Notes under the pieces: model-generated
Told to the model about the DNA's origin: nothing
Databases searched by the model: none
The model's input: only the letters and a program-made list of their open reading frames with translations
Origin: Pelagomonas calceolata
Lineage: Eukaryota
Direction of reading: 5' to 3'
Length of the DNA: 64,000 nt
Assembly: GCA_918797485.1 (NCBI GenBank)
Contig: CAKKNE010000004.1
Span: 1,922,001 to 1,986,000 of the forward strand
Shown: in pieces, positions 41,098 to 50,164 of the stretch
How positions within the stretch are numbered: position 1 is the first letter of the stretch
How the letters are laid out: every line of letters begins with the position of its first letter
Made by a program: the position numbers and the translations under genes

Positions 41098-41120
41098 GCT
41101 AGTGTCTCAATGCCGCTAAC
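41098..41120 (+). promoter_or_regulatory. GCTAG-box intergenic element copy
   Basis: GCTAGTGTCTCAATGCCGCTAAC, ~200 and ~220 bp from the divergent ATGs. Confidence 0.55.
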
Positions 41121-41339
41121 TAAATCGAGCAAAGAGAGAGGCAAGGCGACTTTATACTATATATAACGCCCGATCGGGCAATTATAAGCACAACGTACGT
41201 TAATATACTGGCAATACTGTAACACGCTGCGGTGAAGCCGCGGTTCGCACGCCAACGCGACGCACAAAAACTATCGCACCGCAAAAGCCTGTGTACACAG
41301 CCACAAAAAAAAAGCGCGGCAGACGCCTGCGCTACGACC

Positions 41340-42527
41340 ATGTCCATCGCCGTCGAACTCACCGACCGGCACCGCAACGAACTACGCGTCGAGGTGCCAC
41401 TCGACGCGACGGTCGGCGCGCTGCGCAACGCCGTGAACGGCGCGCTCCCGCGCGGCTACGTGATTGAAGAGCACGACGTCGTCCCGAAGCCCTTCGCGCA
41501 CTACGTGGAGGACGACCCCGAGTGCTTCCGGGGACCGGCCGACGGCTGGCGCCTCGCGGAAGTGTTCTTCGACGAGTTGGCCGCCGAGCCGCTCGAAGCC
41601 GTCCGCTGCCGCGCGACGACGCCGCTCGGGCCGCCGCGAGCCGTAGCCGTGCTCTTCCCGGGCGAGCGCGCCGTCACGCAGCGCGACTTCGTGGGCGCGG
41701 ACGCGGCGTTCCTCGAGGCCGCCGCGACGCTCCGGGGCTACGCGCCGCGCGCCGCGCTGGCCGGCGACGAGCGCGCCCGGCGCGACGCGTGGGTCGTGCT
41801 GCCGCTGGCGGCGCTCGAGGCGAAGCTGCGCTCCGGTCAACTGGCCCGGGCCGACGTGGGCGCGGTCTGCGGCTTTGGCGCGTTGCCGGCGTCCCCGAGC
41901 GCCGTCGACGCGCGTGACGGGTCCCGCGCAGGCGCCGCGGGCGAGGCAGCGGCGCTCGTGTTCTGCGGCGCCCTGAGCCTCGAGGCGGCGCTCGAGCTCG
42001 TGGACGCGCGCCACGACGCGTTGAAAGGCGTCTCGGCGAAGGCGGTGTCGGTCGTGGGAGACGCGGACGTCGAAGACGGCCTCGCGGACGCGTCGAAGCA
42101 CGGCGAAATAGCGGTGTCGCACGACCTCTGCCCCGGCGTCCGCGTCGTGAGTGGATCGCGCGACGCCGTCGCCGCGTTCCAGGTCCCCGGCGCCGTGCTG
42201 ACGGAGACGGACGCGCGCCAGGGCGCGCACTCGCCGCTCGCGGCCGACGCCGCCGCGGCCTACGACGCCTTGCTCGTCCGAGCGCTCGCGGGCGCCGCCG
42301 AGCTCGCGCACCCGCTCCACGTCGCGGCGCCGGCCGGTGGCGCGGTGGCCACGGACGCGGCGGCCGCGGGGGACGCGCTCCGCGGCTCGCTCGGGCGGCC
42401 CGTCGCCTGGCGCGCGGCCATGGAGCGGCTCCTCGCCGCCGGCGCGACGCACTTCGCGGACGCGGGCGGCGGCGCGCAGCTCCGCGCGTTCGGGGAGCGG
42501 TGCGGCGCGGGGGCGTGGTTGTGGTAG
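41340..42527 (+). CDS. Malonyl-CoA:ACP transacylase (FabD)-like protein with ubiquitin-like N-terminus, lacking the catalytic Ser; probable 54-nt GC-AG intron at 41878-41931
   Basis: AVLFPG, GEAAALVFCGALSLEAALELVDAR, VVSG, GAHSPL, PVAW...MERL. Confidence 0.7.
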   Translation: MSIAVELTDRHRNELRVEVPLDATVGALRNAVNGALPRGYVIEEHDVVPKPFAHYVEDDPECFRGPADGWRLAEVFFDELAAEPLEAVRCRATTPLGPPRAVAVLFPGERAVTQRDFVGADAAFLEAAATLRGYAPRAALAGDERARRDAWVVLPLAALEAKLRSGQLARADVGAVCGFGALPASPSAVDARDGSRAGAAGEAAALVFCGALSLEAALELVDARHDALKGVSAKAVSVVGDADVEDGLADASKHGEIAVSHDLCPGVRVVSGSRDAVAAFQVPGAVLTETDARQGAHSPLAADAAAAYDALLVRALAGAAELAHPLHVAAPAGGAVATDAAAAGDALRGSLGRPVAWRAAMERLLAAGATHFADAGGGAQLRAFGERCGAGAWLW

Positions 42528-42881
42528 TTTTTGCTTTTCGTTTTTGCCGGGTTGGCGACCAGGGATGCCTCAGTGAGCCAGTCGCGATACCTATCCTTAG
42601 TCGAGTGCATCCTCGTCGTTAAGGGGGCGCGGGAGCGGTTGCTGCGGCTCGCCGGGCGCGGCCGACGGGCGCACGAGATTCTAGCACACGCATGTCATTT
42701 CGAGCAATGCCAGGTCCGCCGACCAGGGGTCCGTCGGATGACCTGGAGCGAGATCATACCTGTCTCGTCCACAGACCAATAAGAGGATACCGTGATTAGT
42801 AGCCTCCTGTGATCACCGAAGGCCGATTCTAGATCCCTCAGAGACGGACGAAACGCGCATTCATCCTAGAGGTGTATACAG

Positions 42882-43983
42882 AAGGTTACGTGGCTGCCCG
42901 AGCTCGGGCCACGAGAAGCCGATTCTAGCGCGGTGCTCAAGCGGCGCACGGACGTCGACCGCATCGTCGTGCGGCTCGTGGCCACGCTCCCCGTGGACCA
43001 GACCGAGCACGGCGAGACGATCCGCACCGTCGTCGAGCCCGTCGTGCGATCCGTGGTCGACGACGACGCGGCCCTCGCGCTCAGCCGCGCGCTGGTCGGC
43101 GGCCCGACCTTTCTGGGGTTGGCGCTCGCCTTCGCTCCGGCGCACACAAAGCGCCGCGTGCTCGACGTCGCAGTCTGCGTCGGGCCCGCCGGCCTCGCTG
43201 CTCTGGCGGACGCCGGGCCGGCGGGTGACCTCCGCGCGGCCGCGGCCGCGCTCGCGGCAGCGCACGACGCCGACGCGTTACTCGCGGCTGGTCTGCGGAA
43301 CTACCGCGCGGCGCGACCGCCGACGCCGCCCGACGCGGAGCCGGGGCCGGCGCTCGGCGCCGACAGCGACAGCGACACTGACAGCGACGACGCGGAGCCG
43401 GGACGGGGGCTCTCGCGCGAGGACAGCATCGACCGCCTCGTCTCGCGGACAGCGTCTTATTTCACGGCGCCTTGGAGTCGCGCGATGGCGTCCTGGCGAG
43501 TAGAGTATCGACGCGCAGGTCGCCGAGGCCAAGCGGGCGTGCAAGTTCGGGCCCAGCACGAGCGACGAGTCGCTCCCGGCGCTCGCGGCGCCGCCCGCGC
43601 CGCCCGCGCCCGCGGCGTCTCCGCCCGCGGCGCTGCCGCCGTCGGACGCGCCGACGCCGCCGAGCCGGACGTCCACGCCGCAGAGCCGCGCGGCAAAGAC
43701 GCCGTTCGCGCGGCTCCGCCGCAGCCTGGGCGGCGCGCCCGCGCTGCTGTCGATCCCGCCGCGCGCGGCGTCGTCGCCGGTCGCGACGCCGCCGACGCCT
43801 CCCCCGGCGCGACAGCGGTCGTCCTCGGAGGGCGAGCTCGGCGCGGCGTTCCGGGAGCGCGGCGAGCGCATCGAGCGCGCGGGCCGCCAGGCCGACGGGC
43901 TCGCGGGCGCCGCGGGGGACTTCCGCGCGCTCGCGGCGGCGCGCCGCCGCCGCGCCGAGCAGCGGCGGAAGCGCTGGTTCTAA
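42882..43983 (+). CDS. Protein with C-terminal tomosyn/amisyn-type R-SNARE coil; intron 43440-43518; 5' end unresolved
   Basis: Splicing gives SIDRL|VAEAKR...AFRERGERIERAGRQADGLAGAAGDFRALA...RWF*, with no TM anchor; this last exon is not in the ORF track. Confidence 0.6.
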
Positions 43984-44082
43984 TAAATAAATAATTAATC
44001 AAGGAAGGAATATCCTAAAGAAAAGGACATACACCAAGCCTCTAGAGGCCTTCTCCCTGCGCGGCTAGGATACGTACTCAAA

Positions 44083-45069
44083 CTAATATTTATACAGGCT
44101 CGTGCCGCGCTCGTACGAGGGACAGACGCCCGACGCCTTGATCTTCGCCCAGCCCGCGTCGCAGGCGTCGACGACGGCCTGGGGCAGGGCGTCGCCGGAC
44201 GTGAGCGCCGCCAGGTTCTCCTCGAGGTGCGCCAGCCTCGACGCGCCTACGATTATACCGTCGCCGTCGACGAGGCTCGAGTGATGCTGGAGCCACCGCA
44301 GCGCCGCGTGCACGGGTGGCACGCCCGCCTCCGCGCAGGCGTCGCGGAACGCGTCGACGCTGTCCAGCTGGCACTCGGCGAGGTAGCGCTCGCGGTACAT
44401 GGTGTTGCCCTTGCGGAAGCGGGAGTCGTCGTCCAGACTTTCGTAGTCCTCTCGCGTGCGCGCGCACGCCAGCAGGCCGCCGCAGAGCGGGTTGTAGGCG
44501 TAGAACCGCATGCCCAGCGCGCGCAAGCACGGCAGCAGCTCGCGCTCCACGTCGCGCGTGATCCCGTTGTACATGCCCTGATACACGGTCGGCTTCACGA
44601 AGCCGTGCGCGGCGCAGAGGTGGTGGATGTGGCAGACCTCCCAGGCGGCGTAGTTCGAAAGCCCGAGCTCCTTGATCTTGCCCGCCTTGTGCAGCCCGTC
44701 CACCGCCTCGAGCGTCTCGAGGATCTGCGTCGTCGCGTCCGGGTTGTGCAGGTAGTAGACGTCGACGGGCGCGTCGCCGAGCGCCTCCGAGGTCGCCGCG
44801 AACTGGCGCGCGACGCTCGCGGCCGTGAGCACCTTGTCGTAGCCGTCGAACGCGTTCGCCTTCGACGCGACGCGCACGGCGTCGCGGAGGTCCGCGCGCT
44901 CGCCGAAGATCGCCCCCAGCATCGTCTCGGTGCCGCCCTTGTTGTACATCCTAGCCGTATCTATTTCGGCGTGGCCCGCGCCGACGAAGTGGGCGAGCTG
45001 CGCCGTCGCGTCGGGCTGGTTCGTCTGGCTGCCAAAGGTCATGGTGCCTAGCACGACACGGAGCTTCAT
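44083..45069 (-). CDS. Aldo-keto reductase (AKR7/aflatoxin aldehyde reductase-like)
   Basis: LGTMTFG, IDTARMY, VASK, YYLHNPD, LGLSNY, PTVYQGMYN, YAYNPLCGG. Confidence 0.93.
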   Translation of the reverse strand: MKLRVVLGTMTFGSQTNQPDATAQLAHFVGAGHAEIDTARMYNKGGTETMLGAIFGERADLRDAVRVASKANAFDGYDKVLTAASVARQFAATSEALGDAPVDVYYLHNPDATTQILETLEAVDGLHKAGKIKELGLSNYAAWEVCHIHHLCAAHGFVKPTVYQGMYNGITRDVERELLPCLRALGMRFYAYNPLCGGLLACARTREDYESLDDDSRFRKGNTMYRERYLAECQLDSVDAFRDACAEAGVPPVHAALRWLQHHSSLVDGDGIIVGASRLAHLEENLAALTSGDALPQAVVDACDAGWAKIKASGVCPSYERGTSLYKY

Positions 45070-45187
45070 GGTTGGTTACGTGCTAAGACAGCTGCTGCAG
45101 CGCACAGTCACTCACACCACCACGATTGACAGATGGGACCACGCAGAATTAAGCCGCGCCGCAGCGATCGCTGCTGCTGCGTTGCGT

Positions 45188-45248
45188 GCCTAGGCGACGA
45201 GTGCGATGTCGCAATGGCCTAGGCGACGAGTGCGATGACGCAATGGCC
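45188..45248. repeat. 29-bp tandem duplication upstream of AKR
   Basis: GCCTAGGCGACGAGTGCGATGWCGCAATG at 45188 and 45217. Confidence 0.85.
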
Positions 45249-45295
45249 GGCTCGGCTACGACAGCCTGGTAGGCTGCACAGCCTCATCACTGCAT

Positions 45296-45319
45296 GCTAG
45301 TGTCTTACTGGCCGCTAGG
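45296..45319 (+). promoter_or_regulatory. GCTAG-box intergenic element copy
   Basis: GCTAGTGTCTTACTGGCCGCTAGG, ~227 bp upstream of the AKR ATG. Confidence 0.6.
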
Positions 45320-45368
45320 CTGCAATTTGTTGTTCCGCGTACCTCGCTCGCGTTGCTACAAAGTCAAC

Positions 45369-46085
45369 TTACCCGGGCGATCGCCCAAGCGCCGCCTTGG
45401 CGGTCGCGACACCATGTTCCATCTCCGCGCGGAGCCGGTCCGCGTCCGCCCGGACGCGCGCCGCGGCCGCGTTCGCCGGCCGGAGCGCCTTGCCGGGCGC
45501 CGCCGCGTCGTCGAAGCCGTCGCCGAGCCAGTCGTCGGGCGCCGGCGCCGCCGCGTCGACGGCCGCGGCGGCGATCGCGCCGCGCGCGGTCGCGGCCGCG
45601 TCCGCGAGGGCGAGGGACGCGCCGTCGAGGACCCGCAGCGCCGGCAGCGCCCTGCGCAGCGTCGCGGCGTAGCTCGGAGCCGCGCAGCAGGGGTTCGCGT
45701 CCGACCCGTCGTCGCTCCGCAGCTCGAGCGAGGCGAGCGCCGCGCACGGCCGCAGGTCCGCCGCGACGGCGTCGACGTCCTGCAGTGCGTTCGCGCGGGC
45801 GTCGAGGTGGTCCAGCTTCGCGAGGCCCGCGACGAAGCCGAAGCGCGTCAGCTCGTTCCGCGCGACGAGGAGCCGCTCGAGGCTCGCGCAGACCTCGACG
45901 CCGTCGAGGTGCTGCAACTTGTTCCGCGCGAGGTCCAGGACGCGCAGCGCCGTGCACCGCGCGAGGCCCGCGCCCAGCCGCGCGAGGCGCAGGCCGCTCA
46001 GGGTCAGCCGCTGGAGCAGCTCGGGGTCGTACTGGCCGCCGTGGCGCACGACGAGCTCCTCGGTGAGGCAGTCGTCGTCGGCCAT
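45369..46085 (-). CDS. Leucine-rich repeat protein (LRRC61-like)
   Basis: LRVLDLARNKL, LERLLVARNEL, LDHLDARANAL, LRRcap NPCC...Y...LPALRVLDG. Confidence 0.85.
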   Translation of the reverse strand: MADDDCLTEELVVRHGGQYDPELLQRLTLSGLRLARLGAGLARCTALRVLDLARNKLQHLDGVEVCASLERLLVARNELTRFGFVAGLAKLDHLDARANALQDVDAVAADLRPCAALASLELRSDDGSDANPCCAAPSYAATLRRALPALRVLDGASLALADAAATARGAIAAAAVDAAAPAPDDWLGDGFDDAAAPGKALRPANAAAARVRADADRLRAEMEHGVATAKAALGRSPG

Positions 46086-46253
46086 GCGCGTGCTGCCCTG
46101 GGGTGCCCGTCGGCTTGTACTTCAAACACTCGAGCTTTGAGACTGGGCGTCTATTAGGCAGCGCCGAAGGGCTGCCATGGGCTGCCAACTGATAATATGA
46201 AGGATGGCGCGCGCGGAAGTAACAAGAGATAAGAAAGACCAGTTACCTAAACG

Positions 46254-47756
46254 TTACCTCTCGGCGCCGTCGTCGTCCTCGGCGACGAGGGACGCCTCGT
46301 CGAAGACCGCGCGGCCGACGACGAACGAGAAGAGGAGCGACTCCACGAGCGCCTGCTGCACGTCGAGCTCCGCGAGCGCGCCCGGCGGCACGGGCGCCGC
46401 CGCGATCGCGTCGGCGTCGGGCGCCGGCGGCGGCACGCGGAAGGCGCCGACGAAGGCCCGCCGCCGCGCCGCCTCGTCGGCGCCGGCCTCGCGCGGCGGC
46501 AGCTCCTCCTCGGCGCGCACGACGGCGTCCTCCGCGCGCGCGAGGGCCAGCTCGTCGCGCGCCATCGCCCGCAGCGCCGCGCGCGCGCGGCGGCCGCGCG
46601 CGCGCAGGTCCGCGGACCACGCCGGCTCGCGCGCCGCGACTCGCGCGGCGACGCCGTCCCACGCGCGCCAGGGCGCCGACTCGCGCGCCTCGAGCACGTC
46701 GAGCCAGTCGCCGTCCGGGTACTCCCCGTCGTCGTCGTCGCCGGCGGAGGCCTCCTCGATCTCGCGCCAGGCCTGGCCCGCGAGCTCCGACGACAGCGCG
46801 CCGATGGCCAGGAACGCCGCGAAGACGCCGATGATGACCGGGTCCGACAGCCCCGGCGCGGCCGCGCCGCCGCCCGCGACGTCGTCGACGACCTGCTTGC
46901 CCACGACGCCCAGGTACGCGTCGAAGGCGTAGGGCTTGACCGACCCCAGGAACATGGCCGGCACGAACTGGACGAGGTCCATGGCCGTCGCCCCGTACAG
47001 GTAGTTGTAGCCCCCGATCGGGATGGGCAGCAGCGGCGCGAGGCGCAGGACGAGCACCGTCGCGAAGCCGCGCTCGACGACGGCCCGCTCGAGCGCGCGC
47101 GTCTTCGGGTCCCGCCGGACCAAAACCAGGAGCTTCTCGCGCAGCCGCGGCCGCCCGTAGCGCGCGATGCCGAACGCGACCGTGCTCCCGAGCGTCGCGC
47201 ACGCCGTCGCCGCCAGGGCGCCCTTGACCACGCCTCCGAACAGGACGCCCGACGACACCGCCAGCAGGAACGTCAGGGCGTCCAGGCACAGCACCTTGGC
47301 CACGGTGAACGCCCCCGCGTAGCCGACCAACAGACCAAAATCCTCGAAGCCGGCGACGCTGAAGCTCCGCGCCCACACCACAAATTCGTCGATGCGCTGC
47401 GCGATCTCCTGGTCCGCGCCCACGTCCAACCCCAGCACCTGGAGCAGCGCCGCGCGGCCGCCGAACCGCACGACAAGCGCCACGAGGACGACGCCGAACG
47501 CCGTCGTCGACACCGTGGACTGGACCACGTCCAGATCCTCCTCGTCCTCCCGCTCCAGCTCCGCCTGCGCCGCCGCGCGGTCCCAGGCGCAGCGCGCGTC
47601 GAACGCCGCGCGCGCGAGCCGCCGCCGGCTCCGCCACGTCTTCTCGGCGGCGTCGGCGGCCGCCGACTGGGCGCGGCGCGCGGGGCTGCGAGCGATGCGC
47701 CGCGGCGGCGGGACGAGCGCTTGCGCCGTCAGCAAGACGCATGCGGCCCACATCAT
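46254..47756 (-). CDS. VTT/TVP38-TMEM64 (DedA) membrane protein, probably plastid-targeted
   Basis: Signal peptide followed by an Arg/Ala-rich stretch; SGVLFG, ATLGSTVAFGIARY, LRLAPLLP...YNYLYG. Confidence 0.85.
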   Translation of the reverse strand: MMWAACVLLTAQALVPPPRRIARSPARRAQSAAADAAEKTWRSRRRLARAAFDARCAWDRAAAQAELEREDEEDLDVVQSTVSTTAFGVVLVALVVRFGGRAALLQVLGLDVGADQEIAQRIDEFVVWARSFSVAGFEDFGLLVGYAGAFTVAKVLCLDALTFLLAVSSGVLFGGVVKGALAATACATLGSTVAFGIARYGRPRLREKLLVLVRRDPKTRALERAVVERGFATVLVLRLAPLLPIPIGGYNYLYGATAMDLVQFVPAMFLGSVKPYAFDAYLGVVGKQVVDDVAGGGAAAPGLSDPVIIGVFAAFLAIGALSSELAGQAWREIEEASAGDDDDGEYPDGDWLDVLEARESAPWRAWDGVAARVAAREPAWSADLRARGRRARAALRAMARDELALARAEDAVVRAEEELPPREAGADEAARRRAFVGAFRVPPPAPDADAIAAAPVPPGALAELDVQQALVESLLFSFVVGRAVFDEASLVAEDDDGAER

Positions 47757-47884
47757 GCCAGCGAGCTGGCGCTGTGCAAGCTGTTGCCCACGGTGTGCTT
47801 CAACCGGTGCGGACCCGGTTACTAGGCCTCGGAGTGAGTCGCCTGCGGATTGCAGAGATACCAAGATGCAGCAATGCGACAGCA

Positions 47885-48358
47885 GCAATGCAAACGCTGT
47901 CGACGTAGAAACCCGCGAGCTCAGAGGCTCGGGGCTCAATCGCTAGTGATTTAGCTTTAGCTTTGTCTTAGACTCTACAGCCTTAGTGCTCGTCAGGCTG
48001 CTCCAAACAGCGTCACCTCGTCGGCGTTTCGCCCACAGCAACGACGCACGACACGCTTTTCGTTTGGTTAGGGCGATGCACTGGCGGCCGGCGCGAGGAT
48101 GTACGCACGGTAGAGCAAAGACTCGGCGTTGCTCGGCTCGGCGCTGCAGAAAACTAGTAGGAAAAACCACGCACCTCGATGAAATGTAACGTTGCCAGAG
48201 TCCATTGAAGAAGAGAAGTCCGTGGGGTGAAATATTGGTTTCGACGCGGCCGCGGGTGGCAATGCAAACGCTGTCGACGTAGAAACCCGCGAGCTCAGAG
48301 GCTCGGGGCAATGCAAACGCTGTCGACGTAGAAACCCGCGAGCTCAGAGCAATGCAAA
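47885..48358. repeat. 49-bp repeat: one distal copy (47885-47935) and 2+ tandem copies (48259-48358)
   Basis: GCAATGCAAACGCTGTCGACGTAGAAACCCGCGAGCTCAGAG(GCTCGGGG); the copies are identical. Confidence 0.9.
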
Positions 48359-48372
48359 GGGAGGTGGAGAGC

Positions 48373-48391
48373 CTAGCTTGTAAGACACTAG
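48373..48391 (-). promoter_or_regulatory. Shortened GCTAG-box copy
   Basis: Reverse complement CTAGTGTCTTACAAGCTAG. Confidence 0.5.
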
Positions 48392-48466
48392 AAACGAGTC
48401 GAAAGAGAAGTACATACACGCGAGAGTCAGTCATGGGGGCGGGGGGGTCGTATCATACGTAGCAGG

Positions 48467-49741
48467 TCAGTGCGCCGGCACCGCGCGGCGGTCCGAGTCG
48501 CGGATGCCGAGGAAGCGCGTCAGGAACGACTCGCGCACGGCCGGCGTGCGCGAGAGCTGTTCCGAGGACGCGTCGTCGTCGGCGCGCGCGACGGCGACGG
48601 GCCGCGACCGCGCGAAGGGCCGGACCACGCGCTGCTGCTGCGCCGCGAGCTGCTCCGCGGACCGCGTCCGCCGCGGGTGCGTCGCGAAGAAGGCCAGCAA
48701 TAATTGCGGGTCGTCGACCTCGAAGAGCGCTTCCCGGAGCACGCGCTCGAAGTGGTAGTAGCGCTGCACCAAGTAATGGGGGTCGACGCATCTAAAAACT
48801 TTTTTCGCCGCCTCGGCGTCGCCCCACGCCGTTAAAGTCCGCGCAACGTCGATGGGTGAGCACTGCGCCGCGAGCTGCTCCGCGAAGGCCCGGAACGCCG
48901 AGTAGCGCCGCCACGCCGACCGCGCCGGCCCGCCGTCGAGCGCCACCCTCACCTCGTACTGCGCGAAGGTCTCGAAGGGCGTCGCCACGACGCGCACGGC
49001 GCCGAGCGCCACGGCCACCGTCACGCCTCTTGGAAAATGCTGCGCGAAGTAGCGCGACGTCACGCGTGGCGCGAACCGCGGGTTCAGCACGACGCCCAAA
49101 CCTCTATAATCGGTACACAAGGAGGGCGCGACGTCCTCGGCGCCGACGCCCGGCGCCTCCGTCCTCACCCTAAGAGCTTCCCACCGCTCCTTCTCCTCCC
49201 ACCTTAGCTGCTTCTCGGCCCGCCTCCGCCGACACCGCCGCCACGTGACGTCCGCCTCAAACACCACGCCGTCGCGGTTTCTATCCGGGAGCAGGCAGAA
49301 CGTCGCCTCGCCGCCGGGCACGATCAAATCAATACCGCTCTGATGACTACGAGTAGGCTTCTTCTCTTTATCGGCGGCGCACGCCACGCAGGCCTCCTTC
49401 GGCCGCCCCTCGGGGTCGACCTCGTCGAACCCTAAAGGCGCGGTGCACGCCGCGGGCGCGGCCCCGTAGACGCGCGTCGCGCACCGCGCGCCGCAGGCCC
49501 CAAATTTGCCGCTGTCGAAGCGGAAGTCCTCTCCCGTAACGTGGTCGCCGTCGCCGGCCCAGGAGATCGTGTCGTCGTTATCGTTCGCCTCGTTGTCCTC
49601 GTTCTGGTCCTCGGGCGGCTTCTCGCCAGTATCATAATGGCCCCAGTCGCTCGGCTGGGCTGTTGGTGTCGGGGGTGTCGCGCGGTCCTTGGGTTCGGCC
49701 GCGAGGCGCTTGAGCGACGGCGTGCGCGCGAGCGGCGCCAT
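48467..49741 (-). CDS. PX-domain-like protein
   Basis: AQYEVRV...SAWRRYSAFRAF...FERVLREAL...LLAFF. Confidence 0.7.
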   Translation of the reverse strand: MAPLARTPSLKRLAAEPKDRATPPTPTAQPSDWGHYDTGEKPPEDQNEDNEANDNDDTISWAGDGDHVTGEDFRFDSGKFGACGARCATRVYGAAPAACTAPLGFDEVDPEGRPKEACVACAADKEKKPTRSHQSGIDLIVPGGEATFCLLPDRNRDGVVFEADVTWRRCRRRRAEKQLRWEEKERWEALRVRTEAPGVGAEDVAPSLCTDYRGLGVVLNPRFAPRVTSRYFAQHFPRGVTVAVALGAVRVVATPFETFAQYEVRVALDGGPARSAWRRYSAFRAFAEQLAAQCSPIDVARTLTAWGDAEAAKKVFRCVDPHYLVQRYYHFERVLREALFEVDDPQLLLAFFATHPRRTRSAEQLAAQQQRVVRPFARSRPVAVARADDDASSEQLSRTPAVRESFLTRFLGIRDSDRRAVPAH

Positions 49742-49915
49742 TATTGTTGTTTGTAGCTCAAGTGTTCCTCTGCGTGCACCGGGGCTCTTGCCAGCAGCGC
49801 CAGGGGGCGCGGGCTCTTTTCTAGATTAAGGAGCTTTATTTGGACTACCGCCCTGTCTGTTTTGGCTTTGAGGCGCGCCACCTACGCAAATTCACTCACA
49901 GGTTAGGCGGGCAAT

Positions 49916-49939
49916 GCTAGTGTCTTACAGGCCGCTAGC
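49916..49939 (+). promoter_or_regulatory. GCTAG-box intergenic element (consensus copy)
   Basis: GCTAGTGTCTTACAGGCCGCTAGC in the divergent promoter between 49741(-) and 50165(+). Confidence 0.62.
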
Positions 49940-50164
49940 CCTCCGAACGCAAGCACCGCTCGGCGCGCCACGCCTCCGGGCACCCGACGCGTGGAATCAC
50001 GCGAAAATCAAAAGCAGAAAGCGGTCCGTTTTGGCAGCCGGGATCGAGATCGACGGCCCGAGCCTGGACGCGCGGCCATTTGCGGGCGCGTGCGGCCGCG
50101 CGGGCACGCATCCGTGGCGCGCGGCGACAGCGAAGGCGGCAGCGCTCGCAGCAACAGGGCAGCC

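Noticed and set aside
47885..48358. Repeat-spacer-repeat pattern as a CRISPR array
   Set aside because: Eukaryotic context, irregular spacing (325 bp, then 0) and no cas genes
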